NCBI GenBank assembly: GCA_963820525.1
Contig: CAWGAA010000001.1
Span: 1,408,001 to 1,472,000 of the forward strand
DNA: 64,000 bases
Source: an uncultured Spirochaetota bacterium
GTDB taxonomy: Bacteria; Spirochaetota; Spirochaetia; SZUA-6; Fen-1364
Reading direction: 5' to 3'
This document shows positions 17,914 to 27,310 of the stretch, piece after piece. The translations under genes and the position numbers were made by a program. The notes under the pieces were generated by a model, which saw only the letters and a program-made list of their open reading frames with translations, searched no databases and was not told where the DNA came from. Positions within the stretch are counted from its first letter, which is position 1; the number at the start of each line of letters is the position of its first letter.

Positions 17914-19679
17914 GCGGGCTTCACGGAGGCTGACGCCTGCGCGCGATATTTCCTGAAAACCTTCAAGGCATCCCAGGCCAGGATGAGGCTCGCGGCGATC
18001 AGCACGAGGCACACGGCGCCGATGATGATGTTCGCCGCCATCACCTGACCCACGGCCTGCTTCTGCGCCGCCGCCAGCGCAGCAGCCTTCGGCAGGTTCA
18101 TGAACAGGGCCTCATAGGCCTTGTAGAGCAGGGCGCCGATGGTGGTGATGAACATGAAAACGAATGGCCAGAGCGTCCACTGGTATTTCTTGCCCTTCGA
18201 CATGAGCCATATGGTTGCCAGGAGGAGCGCAAGGGAAGCCATGAGCTGGTTGGCGGCTCCGAACACGACCCAGATCTGCAGGAAAGGCACGATCCAGATC
18301 AAAACGAGCGTCAGAACCAGTGCGAGCAGCGTTCCGACGTGCGCGTTCTTGAGCAGGGGAATCCTGTCTCCCAGCGCCTCGGCGCTGGCCACCCTCATGA
18401 ACCGCGCAACCAGGTACATGATTGTCAGAGCCATGATCGTGAGGAATACCGAGCCATAGGCGGTTCCGAAGCCGGCGCCCAGGATCTTGTCCAGCCCCCA
18501 CTGGTTCATGAAAGCCGACAGGCCCTTGGAGAACACCGCAGCCGCCGCGCCGGCGTTTTTGTAGCCCTGGAAGCTTCCGAATGCCACGGTCGCGGTGAGG
18601 AAGGCAATGATGGCGAAGAACATCTCGAAGAACATCGCCCCGCCGCCCACGAACAGGGCGTCGCTCTCCTTCTCGATCTGGCGCGCCGTTCCCGATGAGG
18701 ACACAAGGCTGTGCCAGCCGGAAACGGCCCCGCAGGCGATGGTGACGAAGAGGATGGGCCACAGGGGCCCCAGCCCGGGCACGGTGAAGGAGGTGAACGC
18801 GGGGAAATCCCCCATGCCCGGCCTCCAGATGAACAGCCCGATCAGGCCGCCGAGCACGCCCAGGGAGACGATCCAGAAGGACACGTAGTTGATGGGTTGG
18901 GCCCAGCGCCAGATGGGAAGCACGGCGCCAAAGTAGCAGATGACGATGACCATCAGGCTTCCGAGGAGCTTGGCCTGCGTGACGGAGAGGAAGACCCCCG
19001 GCCCGGTGGGAAGCTCCTTCGTGATGCCGAAGAGCCCCGTAAAGAAGGTCTTGACACCAGGCAGCGTCCCGACCCAGATGGCCACGAATGCCAGGACCAC
19101 CGTGATGACGGTGGTAAACAGGATGTCGACTTTCCACCGATAGGTCATCTGCCCGGCCAGCAATCCCACAATGATCACGAGGATAACCCCCAGGGGCACG
19201 GCGGGATTGATCAAGAGGCCGAAGCCCACCTGGGTGCCGAAGGCCCCCATGATCAGGAGCAGGTAGAAATAAATGAACATGATCAGGATTCCCCGGGAGC
19301 GCGGCGAGATGAGCTTGTAGCTGAGCGCCCCAAAGCTCTGCCCTTCTTCCCGGAGGCCAAGGATGATGCTGCTGTAGTCCTGAACCCAGCCAATGAAGAA
19401 AGTCCCGAAGATCACCCACAAAAGCGCAGGCACCCATCCCCACAGGACCGCCGTGATGGGCCCGATGATCGGTCCCAGGGCCGCGATGGACTTGAACTGG
19501 TAGCCGAAAAGGACATTGCGGTTGGCCGGCGTGAAGTCGACCCCGTCCATGAACATCTTCGCGGGTGTCGCCTTCTTGTCGTCCGGCTTGATGACCCTCC
19601 TGTCTATCGACTTCGCGTAGACAAAGTACCCGATGGCGATGAACGCCAATCCACATGCCAGGATCACCAATGCATTCAT
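17910..19679 (-). CDS. cstA: Carbon starvation protein A family transporter
   Basis: TPA..DGVDF, FKSIAALGPIIGP, WGWVPALLW, LFVTIACGAVSGWHSL and FGAANQL motifs; many TM helices; AAGGAGG RBS. Confidence 0.92.
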   Translation of the reverse strand: MNALVILACGLAFIAIGYFVYAKSIDRRVIKPDDKKATPAKMFMDGVDFTPANRNVLFGYQFKSIAALGPIIGPITAVLWGWVPALLWVIFGTFFIGWVQDYSSIILGLREEGQSFGALSYKLISPRSRGILIMFIYFYLLLIMGAFGTQVGFGLLINPAVPLGVILVIIVGLLAGQMTYRWKVDILFTTVITVVLAFVAIWVGTLPGVKTFFTGLFGITKELPTGPGVFLSVTQAKLLGSLMVIVICYFGAVLPIWRWAQPINYVSFWIVSLGVLGGLIGLFIWRPGMGDFPAFTSFTVPGLGPLWPILFVTIACGAVSGWHSLVSSSGTARQIEKESDALFVGGGAMFFEMFFAIIAFLTATVAFGSFQGYKNAGAAAAVFSKGLSAFMNQWGLDKILGAGFGTAYGSVFLTIMALTIMYLVARFMRVASAEALGDRIPLLKNAHVGTLLALVLTLVLIWIVPFLQIWVVFGAANQLMASLALLLATIWLMSKGKKYQWTLWPFVFMFITTIGALLYKAYEALFMNLPKAAALAAAQKQAVGQVMAANIIIGAVCLVLIAASLILAWDALKVFRKYRAQASASVKPA

Positions 19680-19907
19680 GATGCCCTCCTTTTTCCCATG
19701 TACTTCACGTATCGATGGCCAGGAACTATGCTTAAGCGGAGTATGTAGGGGATCTTCTTTTGAGGTTTTCACCTCCTGAAGTTTTGCTTGGGGGAACTCT
19801 ATCCCCATGTCAAGAAATGTGTATGATAATTCGTTTGTCGGGGAATAGTACCCCGGCTCCGGCCGTATTGCAAGTGCATTTTCTCGAGCAGGATACAGGA
19901 GCCATCA

Positions 19908-20504
19908 ATGAAAGAATCCTTGATCCTCCTTCTCACCGCGCTTCTCTTCGCGACCCTCTTCAATCTCCTGTGCATCCTGCGCCGGGAGGGAATCTCCCGG
20001 CGTTTTCTCCTGGAAACGGCTGCGATCACGATCGTTTTCGGGCTCCTGCCGATGTTCGGCGTGGCTCTTCACCCCATTGCGTTTCTAGCGATTCTCTACG
20101 TGCTCACGATGCGCGTGCGGCTTTTCATCGATTTGGGCAGCACCCTGGCGCGCCGGGGAAACCTCACCGCCGCAGGCAGGGCTTTTTCCCTTGCCGGGCG
20201 GCTCTGGCCCGACCCCGCCGGGGTTTTGATGGTGCGCCTCAATCAAGGGGCGTGCGCCCTTCAGCGCCAAGCTCCCGAAGAAGCGATTCCCCTGCTCCAG
20301 GGAGTGCTCGAGGCAGCCGAATCGGCGCGGCTTGGCATCAAGTACCGCTCCGCCTGTCATTACAACCTGGGCATCGCCTTCTGGCGGAAAGGCATGAGAC
20401 CGGAGGCCGAGCGGGAGCTGGAAGCGGTCCAGGATCTGTGGCCGGCCTCCACGTATGCTCGTAAGGCGGAAAAAACCCTGGAGAGGCTCCGCGAGGGCGG
20501 ATAA
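19908..20504 (+). CDS. Membrane-anchored tetratricopeptide repeat protein
   Basis: About 3 hydrophobic N-terminal segments followed by TPR-like helices (LGSTLARRG..A, HYNLGIAF..A). Confidence 0.75.
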   Translation: MKESLILLLTALLFATLFNLLCILRREGISRRFLLETAAITIVFGLLPMFGVALHPIAFLAILYVLTMRVRLFIDLGSTLARRGNLTAAGRAFSLAGRLWPDPAGVLMVRLNQGACALQRQAPEEAIPLLQGVLEAAESARLGIKYRSACHYNLGIAFWRKGMRPEAERELEAVQDLWPASTYARKAEKTLERLREGG

Positions 20505-20555
20505 GACCGGTCTGACCGGAAAGGCGCGCGAATGGAGCGCCGAAAGGGGAGAATC

Positions 20556-21071
20556 ATGTCAACTTCAGTTCTTGTGGCTTATGCCACGCGCTACGGCTCG
20601 ACGCAGGAAGTTGCAGGGGCAGTCGCGGAGAGGCTGCGAGAAAGCGGACTGGAGGCGGATATTCAGCCCCTGCGAAAAGTACGGGCCCTCGAAGGATACC
20701 GCGCGGTCGTGCTGGGGGCGCCGCTTTTCATGTTCCATTGGCACAAGGACGCACTCGCTTTCCTGTCTCGGCACCGGGAAGCCCTCACGAGGCGGCCGGT
20801 GGCCATTTTCGCGCTCGGCCCATTCCATGATGACGAGAAGGAGTGGCATGAAGTACGCGCACAGCTCGACAAAGAGCTTGCGAAGTTCCCCTGGCTTTCC
20901 CCAGTCGCTCATGAAGTATTTGGTGGAAAGTTCGATCCGGCGAGACTCCACTTCCCCTTGAATCTTCTGCCTGCCCTTAAAAAGATGCCGCAAAGCGATA
21001 TACGGGATTGGGCGGCGATTAAAACCTGGGCAGCCAATCTGGCCGCGACGCTTCAGCCTGATGCGCCATAG
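20556..21071 (+). CDS. Flavodoxin domain protein (HemG/Flavodoxin_5-like)
   Basis: VAYATRYGSTQEVA, FGGK and DIRDW motifs. Confidence 0.85.
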   Translation: MSTSVLVAYATRYGSTQEVAGAVAERLRESGLEADIQPLRKVRALEGYRAVVLGAPLFMFHWHKDALAFLSRHREALTRRPVAIFALGPFHDDEKEWHEVRAQLDKELAKFPWLSPVAHEVFGGKFDPARLHFPLNLLPALKKMPQSDIRDWAAIKTWAANLAATLQPDAP

Positions 21072-21177
21072 AGTCCGAGCGCGCGGCAATGCCCAGTCAT
21101 GCGTAACGGTCATTCAGGGAGGGTTTGACGCCCCCGACCGCGAAGAGATCAGCGGCCAGGGCTGACTGGCCGGCAGA

Positions 21178-22104
21178 CTATTTCAGGTAGTCGGATACCT
21201 TGTATTCCACGCTCGCTGTCAGTGAAGCGGGAGAAAGATCGCTCACGAGCTTGTAGCTCATCTGCCCGTTCAAGCGCTGAACATCCCAATTCGGACAGAA
21301 TATGCTCGAGTCGCGCTCGTCGAGCTTCACCCTGTCGACCTCCCATCCCCTGTCGAACGGATAGAGGGGATTTGACTCGATATCGTAGAGCAGATCGATG
21401 CGCTTGAGATCCTGGAAGATAAAATCCGTGGAGATCGTCGGATCCAACGGGTGCCAGTATTTTTCGTCGTCGAAGAACTCGACCCACTCGTGGTGATAAT
21501 AGTTACCGTTGTCTCCAAGGATCGCGCCGGAGATAGTCCTCGCCGCTATCCCCGCCGCCCGGCAGAGAGCGACGAAAAGCCGGGAATGGTTCACGCAAAT
21601 GCCATATCCCCTCGCCAGGGTGGCCGAGGCAGTGTCGTAATGCATCCCGCGGTACGTCTTGAATTGGATCTGCCGAACCACGAAGAGGAGGATACTGCGG
21701 GCTTTTTCATCTCCCCCCGTGCGGCCCCCGGCGATTTCATTCGATTTTGAGACGATGGCGGGATTGTCGGAATCGATCAGGCGGTCGGGAGAGGTCCATC
21801 TCTTCATGTCGATGATGTCCTGGATGCGGGTGCTGGAGTTCGTCTTCGTGATTGTGAGCCCGATCTTGACCCGACCTCGAATCTCTTGAGCGGGTATCTC
21901 AAACCATGCCCCACCGCTGTCGTCACTGCGCATCTCCGGAGTGTAATTCTTTGAATCTATCGATACCACGACGTCATTCCCGTTCGCCAGAAGCCTGCCG
22001 ATCGGAATGAGCAGCCTGCTATCATCCGCGGAGGCACACTCTGGGGAAAGGACGGCAACGAGGAATAAGAGCACGACGGGGATGATCTTTCTGATCCGAT
22101 GCAT
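21178..22104 (-). CDS. Secreted transglutaminase-like domain protein
   Basis: Signal peptide; catalytic triad motifs GICVNHS..CRAAGIAAR, HEWVE and WHPLDPT. Confidence 0.85.
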   Translation of the reverse strand: MHRIRKIIPVVLLFLVAVLSPECASADDSRLLIPIGRLLANGNDVVVSIDSKNYTPEMRSDDSGGAWFEIPAQEIRGRVKIGLTITKTNSSTRIQDIIDMKRWTSPDRLIDSDNPAIVSKSNEIAGGRTGGDEKARSILLFVVRQIQFKTYRGMHYDTASATLARGYGICVNHSRLFVALCRAAGIAARTISGAILGDNGNYYHHEWVEFFDDEKYWHPLDPTISTDFIFQDLKRIDLLYDIESNPLYPFDRGWEVDRVKLDERDSSIFCPNWDVQRLNGQMSYKLVSDLSPASLTASVEYKVSDYLK

Positions 22105-22118
22105 CGTATTGCTCTTTC

Positions 22119-22481
22119 CTATTTCGAGTGCTGCAAAGAAAGCTCGGTGTGTCCGATCAGGAAGGTGTCGCCCTCTTTCAGGGGAACGTACTTCCCCGGA
22201 GGGATGGGCTTTCCCCAGAGGTGGGTTCCGTTCGTACTGCGCAAATCCTTTATGAGGTAATCGTTCTTCACCCTGCGGATGACCGCATGTCTGCGGGAGA
22301 CCAGGGGATCCTCGAGCACTATGGAATTCGTCGGGTCCCGACCGATGAAGATCCGGCGCACGATCGGGATGCGGCCGCCCTGGAAAACGACGTACATCGA
22401 TTCGCGCACCTTCGACAGTTGCCTGCCCACGGTGCTCTCGGAGTTGAGTGTCTTGCTGGAATCTTCGGCGTCTCGCGACAC
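22119..22481 (-). CDS. Stand-alone FHA domain protein
   Basis: IGR, VSRRHA and DLRSTNGT motifs; GTG start at 22481 with an AGGGG RBS (start approximate). Confidence 0.85.
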   Translation of the reverse strand: MSRDAEDSSKTLNSESTVGRQLSKVRESMYVVFQGGRIPIVRRIFIGRDPTNSIVLEDPLVSRRHAVIRRVKNDYLIKDLRSTNGTHLWGKPIPPGKYVPLKEGDTFLIGHTELSLQHSK

Positions 22482-22726
22482 TCGGCCCCTCTGCAGACTC
22501 GCCCGCTCGGCGCCCCTCGGCGTGAGCACCGACCTATGGGGCGTGGCGTCCGCACGAGCAGTATATTCCTCGTCCTACGGGCCATCAATCGTCAGGACGG
22601 GGCGCTGAGGCGCTTTCCTGAGGCGCCGCCACATTCCGGTCGCCTGCTCGGCGGCCTTCCAGTCGCCCATTATTGCGAACCTTGTCAAACGCGGCGGGGC
22701 CGGGGTACGCTGTCGTCGAGGCGGAC

Positions 22727-22935
22727 GTGATCCACCTGTTTTTCGTTTTCTACCTGCTTGCTCTCGTTGCCGGCACGGCCGCGTGGTCGAGGGCGCCGGC
22801 ACGAAGAAGATCGCCGGCACGATCTCCATTTCACAGAAGACCGTCGAGAATCACGTGTACAACATCTACCAGAAGCTGAAGGTGAGAAACAGGGTCCAGC
22901 TTTTCCAGCTCATAAAAGCCAACACGCTCGAATAG
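22727..22935 (+). pseudogene. Internally deleted membrane-bound LuxR-type regulator
   Basis: First TM (VIHLFFVFYLLALVAG) is joined out of frame to the HTH KKIAGTISISQKTVENHVYNIYQKLKVRNRVQL (stop at 22935). Confidence 0.75.
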
Positions 22936-23049
22936 CGGCATTCGGCGCGTCTCCCGCCCGGCGTCTTGAGTAGTTTTCCTTAGAAGAATCCCGTCCCCGA
23001 TGCGCGGTTTGAGGGATTTTCCCCATGGCGTCCGCGGATCTCCGCCTCT

Positions 23050-23517
23050 ATGGTGTGCTGGCGAGGAGGAATCGATGAAAACGCGCCAGAAGGTTCGCTC
23101 CTTCAGGCAGGCGGGGTGAAAGGAATCGATCTGTTCTATCAGACGAAAAACGGCATTTCGGTCACCGACATGCCCGGGCTCATCGCGTATGTCTCGGTCA
23201 TAGCTGTTTTCTTCGTCCTGGCCCTCACGGTCGGCAGGCGGGCCGGATGTCACACGATCTGCTGGATGTCTCCCTTCATGGTGATCGGCCGCTCTATCAG
23301 AAACGCTTTTGGCTGGCCGTCGCTGCGGCTTCTCGGGAACAGGCAGAGGTGCGCCGGATGCGGAAAGTGCAGCAGGGAATGCCCCATGAGCATCGACATG
23401 ATGGAGCGCGTGCAGGAGGAGCGGCTGGAAACCCGGGACTGCATCTTCTGCGGCTCCTGCGTCGACGCGCGCCCCCGGCACGTGATCCGCTACTCGTTCA
23501 GCGCGGGAAAGCAGTAG
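23050..23517 (+). pseudogene. C-terminal remnant of a membrane 4Fe-4S binding protein
   Basis: GRRAGCHTICW and CAGCGKCSRECP motifs. The second cluster motif CIFCGSCVDARP has Cys replaced by Arg, and the N-terminal half is missing. Confidence 0.7.
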
Positions 23518-23525
23518 TGGCGCCG

Positions 23526-24557
23526 CTACGCCTCGCGGAACGCCTGAAAAGATTCCAGGGCGTTGCCATCGAAGTCGAACAGGGAAAGGTAGTCCCAATC
23601 CTGCTCGCCGGTGGGCTTTCTCTTCCAACTCCTGGATGAAAACCACTCCGGCGCCCAGTAGAAGACACCCGTGCCCCTCCCACGGGCTGCGCCCTTCACG
23701 ATACCGATGAGGTCCCGCAGGTAGAGGTGCTGCCCCAGAGGGGTCGGCACGTAGCCCTCCAGGACCCACTTCGGGTCCCTCACCCTTCCCGAGCCGTCGC
23801 TGTACTCCAGCGTGAAGGGGTACGCGCACTCCACCACGACGATGTCTTTTCCGTACCTGACGGCGAGGTCATCGAGATTTGCCTTCAGGGCTCCCAGAGT
23901 TCCATGCCAGAGGGGATAGAAGGAAAGACCCAGCACGTCGAACTCGACACCGCGCGATGAAAGCTTGTCGAGAAAATATCTGCTGCCCTCGTTGTCCCCG
24001 CCCCTGTCGATGTGGATCATAACCTCGGAGTTTTTAACCGCGGCGACCCCCGCCTTGATCAGGACAGCGAGCCTGTCCCATTGAGCCTCCGTGTCGAAGG
24101 CGCCGTCCACCTTGCCGTCGTCCCAGAGCATCCCATGGATGATCTCGTTTCCCACCTGCACCATATCGGGAGACGTCTTCTGCAGCGCCAGATCGCGGAG
24201 GAAGCCCTTAGTGAAATCATGGACGGCGGTTTCGAGCTGGGTGAAAGAGAAGGTTCTCCATGCCTTCGGCTTGGTCTGCTTGGCGGGATCCGCCCACCAA
24301 TCTGAATAGTGAAAATCGAGCAGAAGGCCGAAACCCAGCTCCTTGATCCGCCGGGCCATCTCGAGGGTCTTTTCCCTGCCGCAGTATCCGTCGGTCGGAT
24401 CGTTCCACACCCTCAAGCGCATGAAGTCGAACCCATTATCCCTGAAGATCCTCAGGCAGTCCTTTTTCAGGCCGCCCTCGCGAAACTCACCGCCGTGATC
24501 CTCGATCATGGGAATGAAGGATACGTCGGCGCCTTTCAAAAATCCGCCCGTCGCCAT
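23526..24557 (-). CDS. GH53 endo-1,4-beta-galactanase, no signal peptide
   Basis: KGADVS, LLDFHYSDWWADPAKQ, VQVGNE (acid/base), VVECAY (nucleophile) and GVFYW motifs; GAGGAG RBS. Confidence 0.92.
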   Translation of the reverse strand: MATGGFLKGADVSFIPMIEDHGGEFREGGLKKDCLRIFRDNGFDFMRLRVWNDPTDGYCGREKTLEMARRIKELGFGLLLDFHYSDWWADPAKQTKPKAWRTFSFTQLETAVHDFTKGFLRDLALQKTSPDMVQVGNEIIHGMLWDDGKVDGAFDTEAQWDRLAVLIKAGVAAVKNSEVMIHIDRGGDNEGSRYFLDKLSSRGVEFDVLGLSFYPLWHGTLGALKANLDDLAVRYGKDIVVVECAYPFTLEYSDGSGRVRDPKWVLEGYVPTPLGQHLYLRDLIGIVKGAARGRGTGVFYWAPEWFSSRSWKRKPTGEQDWDYLSLFDFDGNALESFQAFREA

Positions 24558-24637
24558 GGTGCATCTCCTCACTTTCGCAAACATCATCTTACACCACCGC
24601 TCTTCGGCGGAGCCAGCCGGAAGCAGCCCCCTCAGGC

Positions 24638-24712
24638 AGCACGATATTGCTACTTATGAAACAGAAAAAACACAATTGTACCAAAAATAGCAGCTTTATC
24701 GGGTTTGCCGGC
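24638..24712 (+). promoter_or_regulatory. Copy 1 of a 75-bp AT-rich regulatory box (putative AraC-type sites) abutting the -35 of the GH65 promoter
   Basis: 55/75 ungapped identity to 29144-29218; ends in a TTTGCC -35 with TACGCT 17 nt downstream. Confidence 0.75.
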
Positions 24713-24784
24713 GCGCCGGCAATCCATACGCTCCTGTCCATGGAGCAGCGACACGCGTCGCTTGCGGCAGACGGTATGGAGACT

Positions 24785-27310
24785 ATGACTGACACGAAAT
24801 GGACGATCGAGCTGGATCAATCCGATTTCCAGGGCTGCCGAGGCGCCGAGAAAAAACGGGCGGGCAGAAACCACCTGCTTCTCATTGCCAACGGCTATGT
24901 CGGTGTTCGGGGATGCCTGACCGAGCTCTTCGAGGCGAAAGAGGATTCCTCCATTCACTGCCTCGGCATCTACGACCAGGCGGACCACGACAATCCGAAA
25001 CCGGGTTCATGGAAAGAAATCGTCAATCTCCCGGATTTCATGTCGGCCGACATCACATTCGAGTCCGAGCGGGTCTTCCTGAACCCGGACAAGAGCAACG
25101 TCTGTGAATTCAGGATATGGCTGGACTTGCAGCACGCCATCCTGCACCTGCAATACGTCTGGAAATCCAGCACGGGCAATCGCCTGCGGGTGGATCTCAG
25201 CCGCTTCTGCTCTTTTCACGACAAAAACCTCGTCTTCAACCGCGTGCAGCTGGCAAGCCTTGATGCCGACGCGGCCCTCGAATACTCTCCCTCGATCGCC
25301 GCCGACGTCTACGACTCCCACGGCGCCCACCTCCGGGATTTTTGCATGGGCGAGCATGAGGGAGGCTGCTTCTTCACGGCGAAGACGCTCCAGCACGACT
25401 ACGAGGTTGCCATCAGCTCCAACCACGAGCTTTCCACCGCCGCCGAGAGGCGGATCACGAGAGGTGAAAAGGCGATTTCCCAAAGCTTCAGCTGCCGGCT
25501 CGCCAAGGGGAAACCCCTCACCGTGACGAGCCGGCACGCGCTTTTCACCAGCCGCGACTCGGTCGATCCCCTGGCGGACGCCCTTTCCAGCTCATCCGAC
25601 TATGACTCGGAGCTTGGCAGACACATCGCGGAAATGGAGCGGCATTGGCAGGCGGCCAACGTGGAGATCGATGTGGACAAAGTCTATATCAATGACCACA
25701 TGAAAAAGAGAATAGAGAGAATCGCTGAAGAGAAGGTGAGAAGCGAGCTCCGCCATGGATTGATTCCTGATGGTGAGAGAGAGAAGAGAGTGAACGAAGA
25801 AGTGCAGCGGGAGATCCACGGCCTGGAGAACTCGGATCTCTACCTGAGATACTGCCTGTATATCGTAATCGTTTCCGTTCCAAGAGACCTCGATTATGCA
25901 TCCATCCCATCCCGCTCCCTCTCCTCCTCCACGTACAAGGGGGCGATCTTCTGGGAAGTGGATACGTACGCGTTCCCCTTCTACGCCTCCGTGTTCCCGG
26001 CCTACGCCAGGAACCTGCTCCTCTATCGCTTCAAGACGCTCGAATACGCGCTGAAGAAAGCGTCGGACCTCGGCTTCCAGGGGGCCTTCTACGCGTGGGA
26101 ATCCCTGGATACGGGAGAAGAGGCCACCCGGGAGTTCGTCTGGGAGGACATCCACAGCGGGCGCATGATGAGGAACCACTTCGGAGACCGGCAATGGCAC
26201 ATCTCCGGAGACGTCATCTACGCCGTATGGCTCTACTACACGCTCACGGGGGACTGGGATTTCATCGAGCGCAACGGCGCCGAGATGATTTTTCTTACCG
26301 CGCGATTCGTGGGATCTTTGGTATACTACCGGCCGTCGAAGGATCGCTACGAGATCCTCCACACCTGCTGCCCCGACGAGTATCACGAGGAGGTGGACAA
26401 CAATGCCTTTACGAACCGGATCCTGCGCTTCGTTCTGGAGAAGGCCGTCGAGCTCGTCGCGCTGATGGAAAGCGCAAATCCGGAAAGGCTTCGGGAGATC
26501 AGGCTTACACGGCGGATCTCGGACGATGAGATCTCCTTCTGGAGGCAGGTGATAGAGAAGCTGTATATCACGGAACCGGATCCTCGAACGAGGGTGATCG
26601 AGCAGCACGACGGCTATTTCAAGCTCGAGGACATTTGCCTGGATGAGTTTCGGAGCAGGATCATGGGCGATGAGTATCCCGGCTACCCCATCGGGCCGGC
26701 CGTCCATACGCAGATAGTCAAACAGGCCGATGTTGTTCAGCTTCTGGCGATGTTTAAAAACGAGTACCACCCCATCGTGCGGCTTGCAAGCTTCGACTAC
26801 TACGACGCTCGCACCGAGCACGGCTCAAGCGACAGCCCTAATGCGTACGCAATCGTGGCGGCGCAGGTCGGGCGCATCGATCGGGCCATCTCCTATTTCC
26901 TGCGCTCGGCGCGGATCGACCTCGAATCCACAAACCCCTCCTCCAAGGCCAACTTCAAGCTCGGCGGGGTGCACATCGCCTCAAGCGGCGCCACGTGGCA
27001 GATCGTCCATTACGGATTCGCCGGCTTCCAGGCGGAGAAACGGACGATCAGCTTCAACCCCGTCATCCCGCCGTGTTGGAAGCGCCTCCGCTACTCCTTC
27101 ACCCACCTGGGCCAGAGGATCACAGTCGCCATCGACGGACGCGCGATCACGGTCAGCTCAGCCCAGGAGAACGACCTGGTGCTCACCGTCAAAGTGAACG
27201 ACGCCAGAGCGGCCACCCTGGAGCCTTCACGAGAGGTCAGGCGCGACTATAAAAAGATGGGAAACCACTACTTCACATACGCGAAGGCCTCCTCGGCGTA
27301 CATGAAATGA
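24785..27310 (+). CDS. GH65 glycoside phosphorylase/hydrolase (atypical)
   Basis: IANGYVGVRG, YKGAIFW, WHISGDV, PDEYHE..NNAFTN, KQADV and HGSS motifs. Alternative start at 24740. Confidence 0.9.
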   Translation: MTDTKWTIELDQSDFQGCRGAEKKRAGRNHLLLIANGYVGVRGCLTELFEAKEDSSIHCLGIYDQADHDNPKPGSWKEIVNLPDFMSADITFESERVFLNPDKSNVCEFRIWLDLQHAILHLQYVWKSSTGNRLRVDLSRFCSFHDKNLVFNRVQLASLDADAALEYSPSIAADVYDSHGAHLRDFCMGEHEGGCFFTAKTLQHDYEVAISSNHELSTAAERRITRGEKAISQSFSCRLAKGKPLTVTSRHALFTSRDSVDPLADALSSSSDYDSELGRHIAEMERHWQAANVEIDVDKVYINDHMKKRIERIAEEKVRSELRHGLIPDGEREKRVNEEVQREIHGLENSDLYLRYCLYIVIVSVPRDLDYASIPSRSLSSSTYKGAIFWEVDTYAFPFYASVFPAYARNLLLYRFKTLEYALKKASDLGFQGAFYAWESLDTGEEATREFVWEDIHSGRMMRNHFGDRQWHISGDVIYAVWLYYTLTGDWDFIERNGAEMIFLTARFVGSLVYYRPSKDRYEILHTCCPDEYHEEVDNNAFTNRILRFVLEKAVELVALMESANPERLREIRLTRRISDDEISFWRQVIEKLYITEPDPRTRVIEQHDGYFKLEDICLDEFRSRIMGDEYPGYPIGPAVHTQIVKQADVVQLLAMFKNEYHPIVRLASFDYYDARTEHGSSDSPNAYAIVAAQVGRIDRAISYFLRSARIDLESTNPSSKANFKLGGVHIASSGATWQIVHYGFAGFQAEKRTISFNPVIPPCWKRLRYSFTHLGQRITVAIDGRAITVSSAQENDLVLTVKVNDARAATLEPSREVRRDYKKMGNHYFTYAKASSAYMK

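Noticed and set aside
19680..19815. Riboswitch in the cstA leader (short hairpins GAGGTGAAAACCTC and GGGGA..TTCCCC)
   Set aside because: I could not recognise any riboswitch consensus or terminator; an Rfam/Infernal search would be needed.
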